Source: an uncultured virus (IMG/VR IMGVR_UViG_3300005512_000019) (Duplodnaviria > Heunggongvirae > Uroviricota > Caudoviricetes). Taken from it: a DNA stretch of 64,000 nucleotides. A program made the translations under genes and the position numbers. Position 1 is the first letter of the stretch, and the number at the start of each line of letters is the position of its first letter. This document shows, in pieces, positions 28,112 to 36,874 of this stretch. Location: the IMG/VR virus record IMGVR_UViG_3300005512_000019; one strand, written 5' to 3'. The notes under the pieces are model-generated. The model did not search any database, had not been told where the DNA came from, and worked only from the letters and a program-made list of their open reading frames with translations.

Positions 28112-28809
28112 AGCAGCCAATCGTATGGTTCAAAGTCCACAAGACGGCCGGGACAACGTTGAAGGTAGCCCTGATGGGCCGGGATGCCCCCTTGTGTGAG
28201 GGTAGCGTCTGGCGCACGTGGGAGATTGGTGAGGGGCAATTCTACCAGACAGCCTGGACGGGGCGTGTGCCCGCTCCCCACAATCCTGACAAGGTGATTG
28301 CGCTGGACCTCCAGACCAAGGACGGCTTTGTAGAGGAGGAGCCTGAGCTGTACGAGAGGGCATGGAAGTTCACTTTGGTGCGCAATCCCTTTGACAGGCT
28401 CATCTCGGGCTTTGAGGACATGCGCCACAGGCCGGACGGTCTCCCCAGTGACCTCCCGTTTGATGACTTTGTCGCCACGCTGGATCGGGACTTTGGAGCC
28501 CCCTGGCACCCGATAGGAGCCCAGCCCATTCCTCCGGGATGGAGCACCTACATTCACTGCATGGTGCCCCAGGCCGAGTTTCTCAAGATCAAGGGGGAGA
28601 GGCCCCCGGACCTCCACGTGCTCTTGTATGAGAGGCTGGAGGAGGACTTGGAGTTGCTCTGGGAGAGGATCGGGCTGAAGCTCAAGCTGGCCCACATGCA
28701 TCGGTCTGTGGGCCGCAGGCCATATCGGGACTACTACAGCGACTGGTCCCGCCGGAAGGTTGAGGAGTATTTTGCAGCGGACTTTGAGCTGGGTGATTAC
28801 ACTTTCTGA
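28108..28809 (+). CDS. sulfotransferase family 2 (carbohydrate sulfotransferase-like)
   Basis: FKVHKTAGTT (5'-PSB), VRNPFDRLISG (3'-PB), YERLEED, ADFELGDY. Confidence 0.88.
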   Translation: MKQPIVWFKVHKTAGTTLKVALMGRDAPLCEGSVWRTWEIGEGQFYQTAWTGRVPAPHNPDKVIALDLQTKDGFVEEEPELYERAWKFTLVRNPFDRLISGFEDMRHRPDGLPSDLPFDDFVATLDRDFGAPWHPIGAQPIPPGWSTYIHCMVPQAEFLKIKGERPPDLHVLLYERLEEDLELLWERIGLKLKLAHMHRSVGRRPYRDYYSDWSRRKVEEYFAADFELGDYTF

Positions 28810-28843
28810 AGATGCGTCAAACGCCAAATGAAAGGAGGTATGT

Positions 28844-29260
28844 ATGACCGCATCGTTGAAACGCCGCATGGAGTTGTTCGCCCTTGGGGGGCTCCTTGCG
28901 GGCATTGCACTGGTCCTCACGGGCTGTGCGTCCTCGGGAGGGAGTTCAACCCCCGCCCCGGACAGTGATGGGGACGGGATCGCAGACTGGGTGGAGGAGT
29001 CTGCCTTCTGGAGTGAGTGGGAGCCGGGGGGCTGGAGAGGGACCAACGGGGTGACTGCTGTCCCCCGCCGTCCTTTCGTCAGCCGGGGGAGCTTCTCCGC
29101 TCTGGAGGTGGACTTGAGGAGCCCCGAGCAACTCAGGGCTGCACAAATAGACCCCCCGGCGGAGCGGGAGCTGCCCGCTAGCTGGTGGGCAAATATCATC
29201 AAGGCGGTCAAGGGCCGTGTCAGCCTCTTGTCCGTGGAATGGGAGAAGAGAGACCGATGA
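28844..29260 (+). CDS. putative lipoprotein with a DSDGDG Ca-binding-like loop
   Basis: AAGGAGG SD; hydrophobic leader with lipobox LTGC. Confidence 0.65.
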   Translation: MTASLKRRMELFALGGLLAGIALVLTGCASSGGSSTPAPDSDGDGIADWVEESAFWSEWEPGGWRGTNGVTAVPRRPFVSRGSFSALEVDLRSPEQLRAAQIDPPAERELPASWWANIIKAVKGRVSLLSVEWEKRDR

Positions 29261-30096
29261 AGAGACTACTGACATCACTGACGATAGCGGCGGCGGTCCT
29301 CCTGTCCGGGTGCGCAACCACGCCCCCGGCCGAGCAGACGGTGGACCTGAGCAGCTGGAGTACCAACTCCCTGGATGCGGCCTGCGTGGCTGTAGGCCTC
29401 ACCAAGCTCAACCCGTCCTACTGGGATGGGTGGGATGGAGACTGCCCCGGAGCGGACCTTGACGTGGATTATTGGGAAGTCTACTGCAAGAACAAAGGCG
29501 TGCCTGTCATCAAGCTGTTCAATGCTGAGGCAACCCAGACCAACGTGGTGGCGGCGGGGGTTGCTGCGGCCAAGGCCCTCCGGCCCGGAGGCGTGCTCAT
29601 TCTGTACTACAGCGGGCACGGTATACAACAGCCGGATCGGGACGGGGATGAGGAGGACCACAAGGATGAGGCTCTGTGTCTGTATGACGGCCCTTTCCTT
29701 GACGACACCATTCATTCCCTGTTCCAGCGGGCTCGGGGTATCCGCATATGGATGATCACGGACTGCTGCACCTCCGGCACGATTGCTCGGGGAGCCGTCC
29801 AGCGGAAGGTCGTGTCCCAGATCAGGCTTGCGGCTCGGACCTCCGCCCTGGAGGTGCCCGTGATCCTGTACGCCGGATGCGATGATGGCAAGGTCTCCTA
29901 CGGCAACGCCACCTTGGGAGGGCAGTTCACTTTTACCCTCTACACGACTGACGCAACGGAGGAGGGCCTGACCTACGGGGGCACCAACAGCTACTTCAGC
30001 AAAGCAGCTCCCTACGTCCCCGAGGGCCAGGTGCCCGTGTATGCGGAGTTTGGCCCCGTGACTGATGAGTTCAGGAACACCGAGGTGACCAAGTAA
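29257..30096 (+). CDS. lipoprotein metacaspase (peptidase C14 family)
   Basis: Lipobox LSGC; YYSGHG (catalytic His), DGDEED..DEALC, ITDCCTSG (catalytic Cys). Confidence 0.88.
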   Translation: MKRLLTSLTIAAAVLLSGCATTPPAEQTVDLSSWSTNSLDAACVAVGLTKLNPSYWDGWDGDCPGADLDVDYWEVYCKNKGVPVIKLFNAEATQTNVVAAGVAAAKALRPGGVLILYYSGHGIQQPDRDGDEEDHKDEALCLYDGPFLDDTIHSLFQRARGIRIWMITDCCTSGTIARGAVQRKVVSQIRLAARTSALEVPVILYAGCDDGKVSYGNATLGGQFTFTLYTTDATEEGLTYGGTNSYFSKAAPYVPEGQVPVYAEFGPVTDEFRNTEVTK

Positions 30097-30107
30097 AGGC
30101 CCTCCGT

Positions 30108-30716
30108 TTGATGGCCGTTGTCGCAGTCCTCCTGATGGGGGGCTGCGGCTCCCTCCCCGCCGTGCCGGACATCCCTGATAATCCGCTGCCTCCGCTGCCA
30201 GGGAGTGGCGCAGATGATGCCGGAGGGGGTAGCCCTGGGCAAGGGGATGGGGAGGTGCACTCCTCCCCGGAGACGGTGTCCCTTGCGGCCTTGGCTGAGG
30301 GGGAGGTTGAGTTCCAGACCTACGGGATCAGGCACATGGATGAAAGGAAGTACCTCAACCCCCTCCGGCCGCTCCTGTGGCGCAAGAATGCCGATGGGGG
30401 CTGGGAGTACATCTTCCTGTCCCTGTTTGGGGAGGGCTTTGACAGGGTGATCCTGTTTCATGCAGGAGGCCCCGGCCGAGCCGTCCGGTGGAAGGTGGGG
30501 ACCAACCCGATGCAGATGGAGGTAGCCAGCGACAACCTCCCTGATTGGCACACCTGGAAGGTGAAGTGGGGAGGAGGCAAGATGAGGTTGTACTTGGACG
30601 GCCAGCAGATCGGCCGTGCCGAGGAGTTCACCGGGAAGGTATCCCGAGTGATCTATGGAGGATACATAGACAACCGCCGCAACTTCAAAGGTAAGTGGCG
30701 GCATATGAAGGAGTAG
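30108..30716 (+). CDS. putative lipoprotein, concanavalin/LamG-like beta sandwich
   Basis: LLMGGC lipobox-like; WHTWKVKW..MRLYLDGQQIG...FKG pattern; true start uncertain. Confidence 0.55.
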   Translation: MMAVVAVLLMGGCGSLPAVPDIPDNPLPPLPGSGADDAGGGSPGQGDGEVHSSPETVSLAALAEGEVEFQTYGIRHMDERKYLNPLRPLLWRKNADGGWEYIFLSLFGEGFDRVILFHAGGPGRAVRWKVGTNPMQMEVASDNLPDWHTWKVKWGGGKMRLYLDGQQIGRAEEFTGKVSRVIYGGYIDNRRNFKGKWRHMKE

Positions 30717-30721
30717 CAGCA

Positions 30722-31174
30722 ATGGGAGACGGGACTGACAACAACAACGGGCTTCTACTTGTGGAGCTGAAGCAGATGCGTTCTGAGATCAGTGGACTTA
30801 CCGAAAAGGTGGGCGGGCTATCCGCCGGGGTGTCCACTCAAAACACTCAGATTGCTCAGCTGTTCAATCTTCAGAGACAGATGGCCGAGAGCGGGTGTGC
30901 GCAGGGAAGGTTGAACGGTCTGAGATTGGATGCCCAAGAGTCCCGTCTGAGGGAACACGCGGAAGAGCACGCCCGTCACCGGGAATGCTTGTCCAAGCTG
31001 AAGAAGGACTCCCACCCCCCATCTGACCGCCCCCAACGCATCCGCCAGGAAGTGGGGACAGCGGCGGCGGGCGGAGGGGCGGTGAGCGTGTTGTGGTTGA
31101 TCTGGAAGGGAATTGAGTGGCTGATCAATCTCCATTCCAATGGGGGCGGGGGGTCTCTTCCCCCCTCCCCGTGA
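30722..31174 (+). CDS. coiled-coil protein with C-terminal hydrophobic segment (holin-like/lysis-region protein)
   Basis: N-terminal heptads and AAAGGGAVSVLWLIW segment. Confidence 0.45.
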   Translation: MGDGTDNNNGLLLVELKQMRSEISGLTEKVGGLSAGVSTQNTQIAQLFNLQRQMAESGCAQGRLNGLRLDAQESRLREHAEEHARHRECLSKLKKDSHPPSDRPQRIRQEVGTAAAGGGAVSVLWLIWKGIEWLINLHSNGGGGSLPPSP

Positions 31175-31185
31175 GGAGGACTAAA

Positions 31186-31701
31186 ATGACCCAATCCGAG
31201 CTGGATGCAATTATACGTGCCCACTTGAGGGCGGGCCGTGACCACGTGGTCCCGATCCCCCTGCCGATTGAGCACCCTGAGTTTGGGGTTGACTACGCTC
31301 CCCGAGGATTTGTGTTCAACGGGTCCACCGGGGTCCCTGACTGGCTACTGGAGGCCCCCGGCCGGCATGACTGGGGCTACATCCTCGGGGAAATCAATGG
31401 GCATCCCGTCCCCAAGGAGTGGTGGGATGCAATGTACCGGGGCGTGTTTGAGGATGCGGGAGAGCGGAGGGGCATGCGGGCTTTGAAGTGGTTGGGTTTC
31501 ATCCGCTACCACGGCATGCAAACCGTCCCCCCAACCTGCTGGATCAGCAAGCACGTCTGGAACAAGGCCCGGAAGGCGGGCCTGAGCCGGGAACAGGTCA
31601 TGGAGCTATACGTGCTCCCCGAGCCGGGCAAGTGGATGTTCCCTCGACAGAGCTGGATGCTCAAGGATGCGGTCTACATGGGAGAGCTGACGGCCGCTTG
31701 A
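31186..31701 (+). CDS. DUF1353-like protein
   Basis: APRGFVFNGST..P...HDWGY...D..Y pattern; GAGGAGG SD. Confidence 0.6.
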   Translation: MTQSELDAIIRAHLRAGRDHVVPIPLPIEHPEFGVDYAPRGFVFNGSTGVPDWLLEAPGRHDWGYILGEINGHPVPKEWWDAMYRGVFEDAGERRGMRALKWLGFIRYHGMQTVPPTCWISKHVWNKARKAGLSREQVMELYVLPEPGKWMFPRQSWMLKDAVYMGELTAA

Positions 31702-31746
31702 ATCAATCTCCGCCCCGGTTGCCTACCTCCGGCCGGGGCTTTCCCT

Positions 31747-31782
31747 GGGGGGCGGGCAGTGACTGGCCCGCCCCCCTCTTTT
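31747..31782 (+). terminator. intrinsic terminator where the two genome arms converge
   Basis: GGGGGGCGGGC / GCCCGCCCCCC stem followed by TCTTTT. Confidence 0.75.
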
Positions 31783-31897
31783 GGGAGCATCCCGCTGAGA
31801 TTCTCCCGAGACCCTCCAGGACCTCTGGATCAATCCGGCCGGGGGTGAAGTGGGGGCTCCGGCCGGATACCGGGGAGCCCCAGGCTGAGTTGAACAC

Positions 31898-32461
31898 TCA
31901 TGGCCAAGTGACGATCCATACCCGATTGCCGGCAAGGTCCTTCTTCACAATGCGGGCGGTGGGCCAGTGCTCCTTGATCAAGTCCAGCCACTCTCCGGCG
32001 TGCTTCAGGGTGCAGTGGGCGTTCTTCCCGTTGGGTAGAACCTCAATGGCCGGGGCCATATGAATGGTGAACAGGACGTTGTGGGAGAGGGCCTCCAGTA
32101 TGGTCAGGACCTCCTCCACGTCCTCCTCGGGGATATGCTCCATGACGTCAGTACACAGGACGGCTGTCCAGAGCGGCAACAGCCCGGATCGGGCCGGGGG
32201 CCGGAGCGTTGGGATGGTCCTCCGCCCGTTCACCGCTGGATCGTAGGCCTCCGCCAGGTCTGCCATCAGGCGGTGCCCAATCCGCTTAATCACTTGGCTC
32301 TGGCCCGCCCCCCAGTCAAGGAGATACACGGGAATGTCTGAGCAGGTGGGGAGGACCTCTGTCAGCAGCTTCATCAGCTCCTGCTCCAGAATCTCCGAGC
32401 TCACCCCGTACTTCTTGGCCTGGTGCACCTGTTCGTATTGCCCAATGTTGTCCCAGTTCAC
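31898..32461 (-). CDS. class I SAM-dependent methyltransferase (small-molecule/glycan type)
   Basis: LLDWGAGQ, CTDVMEHIPE, GKNAHCT motifs. Confidence 0.8.
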   Translation of the reverse strand: MNWDNIGQYEQVHQAKKYGVSSEILEQELMKLLTEVLPTCSDIPVYLLDWGAGQSQVIKRIGHRLMADLAEAYDPAVNGRRTIPTLRPPARSGLLPLWTAVLCTDVMEHIPEEDVEEVLTILEALSHNVLFTIHMAPAIEVLPNGKNAHCTLKHAGEWLDLIKEHWPTARIVKKDLAGNRVWIVTWP

Positions 32462-33285
32462 TTCTTCCTCCTCACTTTGTGTTTAACAGTAGCCACCGGA
32501 CGGCTACCGTCACCTTGATTGTCCACCACAACAGGCTTCCTCCGGCCACGAGGACTGCGAGGAGCAGCGCGCAACCGAATGGGCCTGGACCGTCCAGCTT
32601 GTTTGCCCGTCTTGTCAGACTGTTCATTGTCTATCACCTCCACAACCGTCCGGCCGTCCTTCAGGCCGAATACAAACACCCGATCCGCCCCGGCCACTAT
32701 GTCCTCCCGCGCCACCCGTTCATCCGACACGATCAGAAACTGAAGGCCAAGGGACTCCGAGACCCGCTTGACCATCTGGATGGCCCTCCGGTTGGCGTCC
32801 TCTCCCTTGAGGTGCATGAATGGCTCGTCAAGGATGAAGGTGGGCCGAGTCCGGGGCCGTTTGAGGCTCCACAGGCTAGCCCGGAGCCCGAAAGCCCCAA
32901 TGTCCACCGTCCCTCCCCCGGAGGCCTCCAGCGGGTCCACGAGGTTGTCCCCCCGCTGGAACAACAGGCGGGCCTCAGTCTGGTTGCGCTTCAGTTCAAA
33001 GAGGAGGCGCAGCTGGTAGGGATCGTTTGGAAACACGGCTTCCATTGCGAGGGTGACCAGTTCGGACACCCTATACTCCAGCTGGCTCTGGGTCTGCCGG
33101 CCTACCTCCCGAGCTATCTCCAACGCCTGTTCCGCACACTCCTTCTCCTTGACGGCCTCCCCGTGCTCCTTCTGGGCCTTCCCGAGCTTGTCCAGAAGGA
33201 TGGCCTGCTGGCCCCGAGCGGCAGTGAGGTCCTCCCGCCACTTCTGAGCCACCGCCCCCCAGTCAGTCACTCGTTCACAGTTCAT
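32458..33285 (-). CDS. SbcC/Rad50-like C-terminal half
   Basis: Coiled coil, ASGGG signature, FILDEPF Walker B. Confidence 0.85.
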   Translation of the reverse strand: MNCERVTDWGAVAQKWREDLTAARGQQAILLDKLGKAQKEHGEAVKEKECAEQALEIAREVGRQTQSQLEYRVSELVTLAMEAVFPNDPYQLRLLFELKRNQTEARLLFQRGDNLVDPLEASGGGTVDIGAFGLRASLWSLKRPRTRPTFILDEPFMHLKGEDANRRAIQMVKRVSESLGLQFLIVSDERVAREDIVAGADRVFVFGLKDGRTVVEVIDNEQSDKTGKQAGRSRPIRLRAAPRSPRGRRKPVVVDNQGDGSRPVATVKHKVRRKK

Positions 33286-33517
33286 AGTTCTGCCTCAGCT
33301 CGTCAAGGGCTTCCTGAGCACGCCTGTCATTCTCCCGAGCTTCCTGGCGCAGCTTCTCTGCAGCCTTCTGAGCGGCGGCGGCAGTCTTGAATCCGGCCTC
33401 TTCCAGCTGCTCCTTGAGTTGGTCCCTCCGGCCTTCCGCCCGCTGGAGGCTCTCTCTGGCGTCCTCCACCCCCTTCTTGGCCCTCATTATCTGCTGTATC
33501 AATGTGTCGTTGCTCAT
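33275..33517 (-). CDS. small coiled-coil protein
   Basis: Overlaps both neighbours; heptad pattern. Confidence 0.65.
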   Translation of the reverse strand: MSNDTLIQQIMRAKKGVEDARESLQRAEGRRDQLKEQLEEAGFKTAAAAQKAAEKLRQEARENDRRAQEALDELRQNYEL

Positions 33518-34530
33518 TCACTCTCCTCCACCGCCTCCCAGAGCAGGTCACGGACCCGCTTGGAGACCTTCAGCTTGTTCTTGTGCTCCCACCGCCGGAG
33601 GTTCTCCGTGTAGGACAACTCCAGCTCATATCCTGACTCCAGGCTGTCCACAAAAGCCTCAATCCTCTCGTTGCGCCGTTCAATCACTTCCAGGTGCTCC
33701 CGGCTGACCACGGACGGGTCCACGGGGATCATCTTCATCTCAACCGAGTTGCTCTCAGGGTACCACAAGAACACACACGGCTGAAAGTCCATCTGGATAG
33801 CCGAGGTGCGGAGCAGGGAGCCGGGGTTGACCAAGAGCCGGGAGCCCGTGATCACATCCTCCCACCGATCCGATCCGGCCGGGGCCGCAGGCTCCTCCCA
33901 CTCCTGGGCCTGGACAAAGGTCTGGTGGTTGTCCCCCGTGAGGACAAGGTCCACTCCGGGGAAGCTGTTGAGCACCCGCAGGGCGTCCCCCTCCGCCGGG
34001 GCTCCGGGGAAGGGCTCCTTGACATAGGTCATCTGGTGGGACACGGCCACCCTCGGCTCCCGCTCCCCTCCCTCTGGCAACTGGGGTTTAACTCCAAAGG
34101 GATAGCCGACAGCCGAGAAGCCACCTAAATGTTGCCACCCCCCGTCCGGGAGCAGAGATACAGCCCCGGCCTTTACGAGCACATGCAGGCCACTTTCCTC
34201 CCACTTCCCGATGGAATGTGAGGGGAGGTCGTGCTGCCCCGGTATGACCCAGGTGTTCTCGGGGATGAAACCCATGGCCCATGCCAGCAGGTAGGGGCTC
34301 GGGCGGGCCTTGTCAAACACGTCCCCGGCTACCAGGACGGGGATGCCCCCGTGCTCCTCCCGGAGGTCCCCGATGTGAAGCAGCTTGCGGGCCAGGTTGT
34401 CCATCCATTCCTCTCGGGATTCTGAGCGGCACTCGGGGACGGTATCCCGCAGGTGCCAATCAGCCGTCAGGATGGCAGCGGGCTCCCCCAGGTGCTTGCC
34501 CACTCTCTTCTTGTGCACTACCTTCCTCAT
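33514..34530 (-). CDS. SbcD/Mre11-like nuclease
   Basis: ADWH, AGDVFD, PGQHD, SHQ, GDNH, NPGS motifs. Confidence 0.92.
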   Translation of the reverse strand: MRKVVHKKRVGKHLGEPAAILTADWHLRDTVPECRSESREEWMDNLARKLLHIGDLREEHGGIPVLVAGDVFDKARPSPYLLAWAMGFIPENTWVIPGQHDLPSHSIGKWEESGLHVLVKAGAVSLLPDGGWQHLGGFSAVGYPFGVKPQLPEGGEREPRVAVSHQMTYVKEPFPGAPAEGDALRVLNSFPGVDLVLTGDNHQTFVQAQEWEEPAAPAGSDRWEDVITGSRLLVNPGSLLRTSAIQMDFQPCVFLWYPESNSVEMKMIPVDPSVVSREHLEVIERRNERIEAFVDSLESGYELELSYTENLRRWEHKNKLKVSKRVRDLLWEAVEESE

Positions 34531-35447
34531 GAGGTCCTCCTGACCGCCCCGCAGAGGGGGCACTTGTTTGGAGTCAGTGCTTTCAAGGAGGCCTCCTCCA
34601 GCTGGAGGCGGTTGCCAGCTACTCTCACCCGCTCCTCGGCCGCTTCCAGGTCTCTCACGTGGTCCAGGACCCCCTCCGCCTCCTTCCTTTGCCGCTGGGC
34701 CGTCTCTGCCAGGGCCAGGGCTGCGTCAACCTCCTCCAGAGCAGTATGGGTCCAGCCGAGAGCACTGATGGCTTCTTCCACCGCTACGAGAGCTGAAAGG
34801 GTCCTACTCAGGGAGACCTCCTGCAGGCGGGCTTTCCGGGCCTTCTCTGAGGCGTCCTCGGCCTTGGCAATCAGCACCTCCATCTCGTCAAGGACCTCGT
34901 AGCCCTCCAACTCCTCCTGCAACTCCGCAATCTCCTTCTTGGTCCGCTCCTCGGTCTGCTTGGCCTGACGTAGGGAGGCGTTGAGGTAAGTGATACTGCG
35001 GTCAATGACTTGGAGGTTGGCTACCTCATTGAGGCGGCGGGCTACCTCCCCCGGACTCTCCTTGAGCAGGTAGGCAATCTCCATCTGCCTCTCCCAGCAG
35101 ATATCAGGCATGTTGAAGGCCTCCACCACTCCCTCCGGCACCCCCGTCCCGAAAGCCTCAATAGGGTCTTTGTCCCTCCCGTCCAGAATGTAGCGGTTGA
35201 CTCCCGAGGACTTCACCCGCCGGATCGTGCGGCCGTCCGTGGTCGTGACCTCCGCCACAGTCTGGCTAGCCCCATGGGACCGGAAGTCATCCCCCTGGGG
35301 CTTGTTGAACCTGAGCCAGTACAGAGCCCTGATCAGGGCACTCTTCCCGGCGTCTGACTCCCCCACTATGGCGTTGACCCCCGGAGCCAGCTGGAGGACG
35401 GTGTCCACGTGGCTCTGGAAGCCTTGGAGCTTAACTCTTGACAGCAT
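34527..35447 (-). CDS. SbcC/Rad50-like N-terminal half ending in a zinc hook
   Basis: GFQSH, GESDAGKS Walker A, coiled coil, terminal CPLCG. Confidence 0.9.
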   Translation of the reverse strand: MLSRVKLQGFQSHVDTVLQLAPGVNAIVGESDAGKSALIRALYWLRFNKPQGDDFRSHGASQTVAEVTTTDGRTIRRVKSSGVNRYILDGRDKDPIEAFGTGVPEGVVEAFNMPDICWERQMEIAYLLKESPGEVARRLNEVANLQVIDRSITYLNASLRQAKQTEERTKKEIAELQEELEGYEVLDEMEVLIAKAEDASEKARKARLQEVSLSRTLSALVAVEEAISALGWTHTALEEVDAALALAETAQRQRKEAEGVLDHVRDLEAAEERVRVAGNRLQLEEASLKALTPNKCPLCGAVRRTS

Positions 35448-35877
35448 GATCCGCTCCTCCCATCCTCAACTCCTCAAGGTGCCGCTCCAGGTTGCGCCGG
35501 ACGTTCTTCAACTGATCAATGACCGGGCAGAAGGGCAGGGACGGCCGGAGCGCGGAGCCTTTGGACATGAGCATCTCGGGCAACTCCCCGGCCTCCTCGG
35601 CCAGCTCCAGTGTCAGGATGGCCTCATTCAGGATGCGCCTGTCATTGTTCAGGTGCTTGGTCCAGAGGCGGGCCAGGGCGGCGGCAGCGTTGAGCTGTTC
35701 AAAAGCCCCGTCCACCTTGGCAAACTGAGCCTCCAGGCGGAGGGCTATGGCTTCCACCCCGGCCGCTCGGAGGTTATCTGGGCTGAGGGTCATCTGTCCC
35801 TTCAACGGCTCTCCCCCTTCCTCCGGGGTGATCTCACAGTGGACTCTGTAGCTGAATTGGATCTGCTTTTCCGGCAT
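35431..35877 (-). CDS. hypothetical protein
   Basis: AGGAGG SD; fits the operon. Confidence 0.55.
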   Translation of the reverse strand: MPEKQIQFSYRVHCEITPEEGGEPLKGQMTLSPDNLRAAGVEAIALRLEAQFAKVDGAFEQLNAAAALARLWTKHLNNDRRILNEAILTLELAEEAGELPEMLMSKGSALRPSLPFCPVIDQLKNVRRNLERHLEELRMGGADHAVKS

Positions 35878-36371
35878 TTCACTATCCTCCTCTTGGTCTT
35901 GACTTGAACGCCAAACAGCCCGAGCCGGACGGCTTCCCGCCGTGCGTGCTCGGCCATCAAAAGTGCCTCAGCTATCCGATGGGTGACCCGGACTCCGGGG
36001 AACAGCTCCTGGGCTCGGGCCTTGGATACGTTCTTGTTGCCGCCTGTTCGGCAATTGATTGCCCCCATCCACTGTTGTGGGGTCCTGTGCTCCAGCCGGA
36101 TACCGTTGGCCACAAGGGCCATCCACAGCATGCCGTAGGAGGTTCCAAACTTGAAGGCGGAGGACCGCCCATCATGGGGCATACTCCCTATCTTCTCCAG
36201 TACCCCTAGAACAGCAAATGGGCGGCACTGGGCCACCCACTCGCTGATGTCCAAAGGCGTTGCTTCCCCGGATACGTGACTGTGGTACTCCCCCGTGGCG
36301 GTAATGGCCACGATAGCCCCGGAGCGGCCAGGGTCCGCCCCGAGGCAAAGTTGTAGATCACTCCCCATCAT
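35802..36371 (-). CDS. RuvC-like Holliday junction resolvase
   Basis: LGADPGRSGA, LEK, SAFKFG, TPQQW, AEALLMA. Confidence 0.85.
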   Translation of the reverse strand: MMGSDLQLCLGADPGRSGAIVAITATGEYHSHVSGEATPLDISEWVAQCRPFAVLGVLEKIGSMPHDGRSSAFKFGTSYGMLWMALVANGIRLEHRTPQQWMGAINCRTGGNKNVSKARAQELFPGVRVTHRIAEALLMAEHARREAVRLGLFGVQVKTKRRIVKCRKSRSNSATESTVRSPRRKGESR

Positions 36372-36870
36372 AGCTCCCGAGGTCTCTGAACTCACTCACG
36401 ATCTCGTCAAAGGCCTCCTGACGGGCCACCACCGTGTCCTCGGCCTCCTCGTCAATCCTGTCCTCCAGGTCCTCATCCTCCAGCTGAAGGTCCTCCAGGT
36501 TGGAGGCCCACTCCTCCATCGCATCGTAGCGGCCCTGGAGCAGCTCCGCTGCCATCCCGGCATCTTGGAGGTGGTCAGGCATGTTCATGCGCCGCTCCTC
36601 CTGCTCCTCCCCCAGTTCACGGATGCGGTTGACAACGTCCTCCCGGAAGTCCCGGAGGTCCTCCAGGCTCTCCCCCTCCCAGTCAGCAATCTCCTCGGCC
36701 AGCTCGTAGGCTTGGGAGAGAAACTCCGATTGGGTGAGCTGACTCTGCTTGGGACGGGTAGCCGAGAAGTGCTTGCCCCCATGGCGGAATTGCCACCACC
36801 AATAGGGTTGTCCCTTCTTGACGGCGGGGTTGTCTTTTGCGGCCTTCTTCACAAAGTGTGCACGTGCCAT
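36358..36870 (-). CDS. acidic hypothetical protein
   Basis: AGGAGG SD and own promoter; KKGQPYWWWQF...QSQLT N-terminus. Confidence 0.7.
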   Translation of the reverse strand: MARAHFVKKAAKDNPAVKKGQPYWWWQFRHGGKHFSATRPKQSQLTQSEFLSQAYELAEEIADWEGESLEDLRDFREDVVNRIRELGEEQEERRMNMPDHLQDAGMAAELLQGRYDAMEEWASNLEDLQLEDEDLEDRIDEEAEDTVVARQEAFDEIVSEFRDLGSYDGE

Positions 36871-36874
36871 GATA

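Noticed and set aside
31898..32461. DNA methyltransferase explaining the motif biases
   Set aside because: Lacks DPPY/NPPY or PCQ catalytic motifs; it looks like a small-molecule or glycan methyltransferase
32458..35447. Wadjet (JetABCD) defence system formed by the SMC-like and Toprim genes
   Set aside because: The ATPase has a Rad50 zinc hook and an Mre11 partner, and the Toprim gene is ~24 kb away with no kleisin or KITE genes
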